Shown piece after piece: positions 33,243-36,477 of a stretch of 36,477 bases of DNA. The stretch lies in contig JALSNH010000145.1 in assembly GCA_026987085.1 (NCBI GenBank), positions 1 through 36,477 on the forward strand. Direction: 5' to 3'. A program made the position numbers and the translations under genes. How positions within the stretch are numbered: the stretch's first letter is position 1; each line of letters starts with the position of its first letter. A model generated the notes under the pieces. It was given only the letters and a program-made list of their open reading frames with translations, had not been told where the DNA came from and did no database searches. The stretch is from Aquificota bacterium. GTDB lineage: Bacteria > Aquificota > Aquificia > Aquificales > QOAS01.

Positions 33243-34190
33243 TTAGTCCGTAAATTTTTCTATAAATTCCTTTAAAAGTGCTACAAAGTTCTTGCAACCT
33301 TTTAGGGTCATTAGAGTGGACTTTATTTCCCTGCTCTGTTCAAATCCTTTTATCAGTTGAACCAAAATTGAGCGAATTTCAAAACAAGCCTTTTCAGGAG
33401 AAGGGTAATATTCAAACATCCATTTTAAAATCTGCAAAACGGTTTCCAACCTTTTAGAAAGAGGAACTTTTATATCCTTCTTTAGCCGATATTCGGTAAA
33501 AATCCAAGGGTGTGATAGGGCTTTCCGACCCACCATAACGGCATCCACATCGGTAGTTTCAAACATTTTTTCTATATCACGCCAATTTTTAACATCTCCA
33601 CTGCCTATTATTGGCACTGGAGAAATTTTTTTTAAATCAGCAAGTCGTTTCCAATTTGCAGTTCCGGCATACCCTTGTTTTCCCAATCGTGGATGTAAGG
33701 CTATTGCATCGATACCACCCTCTATGAGGGCTTCCGCAATCTGCTCGAGATTATCTTTTTCCAAACCTAAACGGATTTTAGCGGTTAAGGGTATATCAAA
33801 AGGTTTTAATACCTCTTTTACTTCTTTAGTAATTTCCTTAATCACATTGGGGTTTTCCAAAAGTTTGCCGGCCGCGCCGGTTTTTAAAACTTTGGGAACG
33901 GAACATCCAAAGTTTATATCTATGGCATCGGGTTTGAGTTCCTTAGCAATCTTTAGGGCAGCTTCGGCTATCTCTTGAGGATTTCTTCCAAAAATTTGTA
34001 TGTGGATAGGCCTTTCTTCATTGGTAAAAAAAGCGTATTTTTTAGGAATTCCTCTATGGAGAATTCCAGGGGCACTTATAAGTTCGGTATAGGTACGGTC
34101 GGCCCCTAAACGGCGGGCCAATCTTCTATAAGCGGAATGGGTATAGCCCGCCATAGGTGCCAAAATTACTTCGCCCCGTTTAATAACCAT
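33243..34190 (-). CDS. dus: tRNA-dihydrouridine synthase
   Basis: ILAPMAGYT, DINFGCSVPKV (catalytic Cys), ALHPR, and IGSGDV. 315 aa. Confidence 0.85.
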   Translation of the reverse strand: MVIKRGEVILAPMAGYTHSAYRRLARRLGADRTYTELISAPGILHRGIPKKYAFFTNEERPIHIQIFGRNPQEIAEAALKIAKELKPDAIDINFGCSVPKVLKTGAAGKLLENPNVIKEITKEVKEVLKPFDIPLTAKIRLGLEKDNLEQIAEALIEGGIDAIALHPRLGKQGYAGTANWKRLADLKKISPVPIIGSGDVKNWRDIEKMFETTDVDAVMVGRKALSHPWIFTEYRLKKDIKVPLSKRLETVLQILKWMFEYYPSPEKACFEIRSILVQLIKGFEQSREIKSTLMTLKGCKNFVALLKEFIEKFTD

Positions 34191-34348
34191 CGATACAGTT
34201 TAACAATTAAATATCCAACGTGGTGATGAAATCTACAAAAAATACTGGGCGTCCAATGGAATTATTTCTCAACTAGATTTTTGTAAACTGTCTTGCGCTA
34301 AAGCGCGAGGCTTTGGGTGTTTTAATCTTATTAATAGATATGGAGGTT

Positions 34349-35599
34349 TTAGCGCTCCATCTTTTTATAAAGATTTTTTAAAAATTCTTCAGCTTCCTCC
34401 TTGTTTTTAACTTTACCCTCCAACTGTTTTAAAACAAGTTCCTCCAAAAGTTGACCTATAAGTGGAGAAGGTTTCAACTTCAAAAGTTGCATAATTTCCC
34501 TTCCATCTAACAAAGGTTTCCTATTGGGAATAAACCTTTTAAGGTAAAAATCGACCAACTTTTGAACCTTCAAAGGGTTTTCTACATAACCTATAACCGC
34601 TATAGGGTAGATACACTTTTCGAACCCTTTTAGGTATCGGTATATATCAGCTACACTTTGCAAGTTTAGATTTTTCAAAGACTTTAAACCTTCTTTGGTT
34701 AAGCTTACGCACTTTTCAAAGTCTTTTCCAAAAGGGTATTTATTTACAAGCTCCTCTTCAACGGGAACGATGGTAAAAAAAGCTATCCACTTTAAGGCCG
34801 CCTCTTCATCAAATTCACCCAAGTAGGATTTTCTCCTTTTTAGAAAACTAAATTTGGAAATGTTTTTTTCAATTTCCTTTAATAGGTCTAAAAATCGGTT
34901 GAAATTTTCCTCCGAAAGTTTTCCGAAAAGAGTTTTTAAAACAGAATCGCTATAAATTTGCTCAAAAAATTTGTAGCTATTTGGGTACTTTACCGCCTTA
35001 AACAGCTCCACTGCAACCCTTTCGGGTGCAACATCTTTAAGTTTTTCTTTATGTTTTTTAATAAATTCCCGCGTAGCGGGCTCTATTTTGAAATTTAGCT
35101 GTTGGACAAAACGGTAAGCCCTAAGCATTCGCAACGGGTCTTTTAAAAGATTTTCCGATTTTACCGCTCTTATTAGGCCTTTTTTTAAATCTTTGAGACC
35201 TCCAAAGTAATCGATAACTTTAAAATTTCCTTGAACAAAATTCTTTAAAGGAATGGCCAAAGCGTTTATTGTAAAATCCCTCTCCGCAAGGTCCTCTTTT
35301 AAATCTTTAAACTGCGAGAGGTCTATTCGAATTTTCCTTCCTTTAAAAGGGGCTATTACAGTATAAACCTTTTCCCTTAGAGGGAGATTTTCTTTTTCAA
35401 AACCGAAATAGGTGCCTTTTAATTCCTCCGCCAACTTTTGGGCTAATTCCTTTGGATTTTTATCCGCTATAAGGTCGATATCGTAATTTTTCCTTTTTAG
35501 GAGGTAATCTCTTACGAAACCACCAACGAGGTAGGTTTTTGTATTTTTTAAAATCTCCTTTAGTTTTCTTAGCAATTCTTCCATAAAAGGCCTAACCAT
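34349..35599 (-). CDS. Class II tRNA nucleotidyltransferase (CCA-adding family; possibly CC-adding type)
   Basis: YLVGGFVRDYLLKRKNYDIDL (motif A), ERDFTINALA (motif B), and DPLRMLRAYRF. 416 aa with no HD domain. Confidence 0.8.
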   Translation of the reverse strand: MVRPFMEELLRKLKEILKNTKTYLVGGFVRDYLLKRKNYDIDLIADKNPKELAQKLAEELKGTYFGFEKENLPLREKVYTVIAPFKGRKIRIDLSQFKDLKEDLAERDFTINALAIPLKNFVQGNFKVIDYFGGLKDLKKGLIRAVKSENLLKDPLRMLRAYRFVQQLNFKIEPATREFIKKHKEKLKDVAPERVAVELFKAVKYPNSYKFFEQIYSDSVLKTLFGKLSEENFNRFLDLLKEIEKNISKFSFLKRRKSYLGEFDEEAALKWIAFFTIVPVEEELVNKYPFGKDFEKCVSLTKEGLKSLKNLNLQSVADIYRYLKGFEKCIYPIAVIGYVENPLKVQKLVDFYLKRFIPNRKPLLDGREIMQLLKLKPSPLIGQLLEELVLKQLEGKVKNKEEAEEFLKNLYKKMER

Positions 35600-35664
35600 T
35601 AAGTTTAATGGGGGGTTTTTTAAAGAATTAGGTAAGTTTCTACTTAACTATTATTCTCTAATAA

Positions 35665-36348
35665 ATGCCCTACATTGTAGCGTTGGTTGAAGATGACCCT
35701 GACTTGCTCGATATTCTTACTTACAACCTTGAAAAGGAAGGTTATAAGGTTTTTCCCTTTGAAAGGGGGGAGCAATTTTTAGAACTCCTAACGAGGGATG
35801 TGAAACCCAACTTGATAGTTCTTGATGTTATGTTGCCTGGAAAATTGGACGGTTTTAAAATTGCTGAAATTATTAAAAACAATGAAGCTTACAGAGATAT
35901 ACCTATCGTTTTTCTAACTGCCAAAGGTCTCGAAGAGGATAAACTAAAAGGCTTTGAACTTGGAGCGGACGATTATATACCTAAGCCTTTTTCGGTGAGA
36001 GAATTTTTAGCCCGTATAAGGGCAATTTTAAGGCGTTATTATCCCGAACCTAAAAAGGTTTTGAAAGTAGGAGACCTTATTTTGGACCCGGAAAAGTTTG
36101 AAGTCCTTTGTAAGGACAAAAAAATAGAACTCACAAGGGCGGAGTTTAAAGTTCTCCAAACTTTGATGGAAAATGTAAATGCAACCGTTAGACGGTCCAC
36201 CTTAATGGACGCTCTGGCACCTTTTGGGAAAGAGAGCCAATCAAGAACTGTGGACGTTCACATAACCAAAATAAGAAAAAAACTCGAAGAGTGTGGATCA
36301 TATATAAAGACCGTTCGGGGTGTTGGATATAAGATAGAAGTCCCATAG
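35665..36348 (+). CDS. OmpR/PhoB-family response regulator
   Basis: Receiver domain: VEDDPD, LIVLDVMLPGKLDG, FLTAKG, YIPKPF. Winged-helix output: VDVHITKIRKKLE...TVRGVGYKIE. Confidence 0.9.
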   Translation: MPYIVALVEDDPDLLDILTYNLEKEGYKVFPFERGEQFLELLTRDVKPNLIVLDVMLPGKLDGFKIAEIIKNNEAYRDIPIVFLTAKGLEEDKLKGFELGADDYIPKPFSVREFLARIRAILRRYYPEPKKVLKVGDLILDPEKFEVLCKDKKIELTRAEFKVLQTLMENVNATVRRSTLMDALAPFGKESQSRTVDVHITKIRKKLEECGSYIKTVRGVGYKIEVP

Positions 36349-36409
36349 AAGTTTTTAGCTTTTTAATACCTTCCAACAAAAGGTTCTATTTCACAATATT
36401 AACACCACT

Positions 36410-36477
36410 ATGGATATGGAAAAAATTCTCAACCAACTCGTTCCTATAGTGGTAGAACAAACCCCAAGGGGTGAAAG
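36410..36477 (+). CDS. clpP: ATP-dependent Clp protease proteolytic subunit, N-terminal fragment; runs off the right edge
   Basis: Not in the ORF track. My translation gives MDMEKILNQLVPIVVEQTPRGE..., and LVP.V.E.T.RGER is the conserved ClpP N-terminus. Confidence 0.7.
   Translation, partial: MDMEKILNQLVPIVVEQTPRGE

Noticed and set aside
34227-34277. 16-codon ORF (MKSTKNTGRPMELFLN) in the cca-dus spacer
   Set aside because: Too short, with no SD and no support.
33174-34323. 19-nt motif GCGAGGCTT[C/T]GGGTG[G/T]TTT present at 33174-33192 and 34305-34323, each just downstream (minus sense) of a gene stop (dus, cca-family)
   Set aside because: A 17/19 match is expected a few times by chance among all position pairs in 36 kb, and only the second copy is next to a hairpin (CTTGCGC-TAAA-GCGCGAG). 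It could be a shared 3'-UTR element, but the evidence is too thin.
1-36477. Search for CRISPR arrays, tRNA, rRNA, tmRNA, RNase P or SRP RNA signatures in the intergenic regions
   Set aside because: I saw no regularly spaced repeats, no cloverleaf-compatible GC-rich 70-90-nt segments, and no conserved motifs such as GAGGAAAGTCC. All spacers other than those discussed are short and AT-rich.

Overview
This is a compact, mostly housekeeping chromosomal segment of about 45 genes, many with abutting or overlapping ends. It comes from a moderately AT-rich, probably thermophilic bacterium. Four traits suggest Aquificota, possibly Desulfurobacteriaceae, but this is inference only: K/E/I-rich proteins, a TrmB with a long C-terminal extension, a loop-less class II tRNA nucleotidyltransferase, and a secreted alpha-carbonic anhydrase. 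Recognisable core genes are alr, an aminotransferase, bcp, rpsO, a stand-alone RibD-type reductase, metG, a class B PBP, dnaN, acyP, rlmI-like, trmB, hup, truD, htpX, rpsT, alpha-CA, a biotin carboxylase, a CPA2 antiporter with RCK regulators, a rumA-family methyltransferase, rpoD, a moaC-mogA fusion, dus, a cca-family enzyme, an OmpR-type response regulator and the start of clpP. I found no rRNA, tRNA or CRISPR array. The parts worth a second look are listed here. (1) A 1.5-kb very AT-rich islet between truD and htpX is bracketed by an exact 11-bp direct repeat. It carries its own promoter, an overlapping lipoprotein plus permuted-papain (YiiX/C92-like) gene pair, a multiply frameshifted TnpB (IS200/IS605 OrfB) remnant, and a GC-rich structured element that could be an omega-RNA-type relic or an orphan ncRNA. 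(2) An MNT/HEPN toxin-antitoxin-like pair sits inside an nfnA/nfnB-type operon, and its HEPN partner has no histidine where the Rx4-6H motif should be. (3) An orphan RtcA-like protein has only one histidine and none at the catalytic position, so it resembles Rcl1. (4) A second AT-rich islet carries a small HTH gene and a membrane-anchored PHP phosphoesterase. (5) An RCK-USP fusion is translationally coupled to a CPA2 antiporter. I cannot show that any of these is a truly novel system. The islet at 19.08-20.63 kb is my best candidate.
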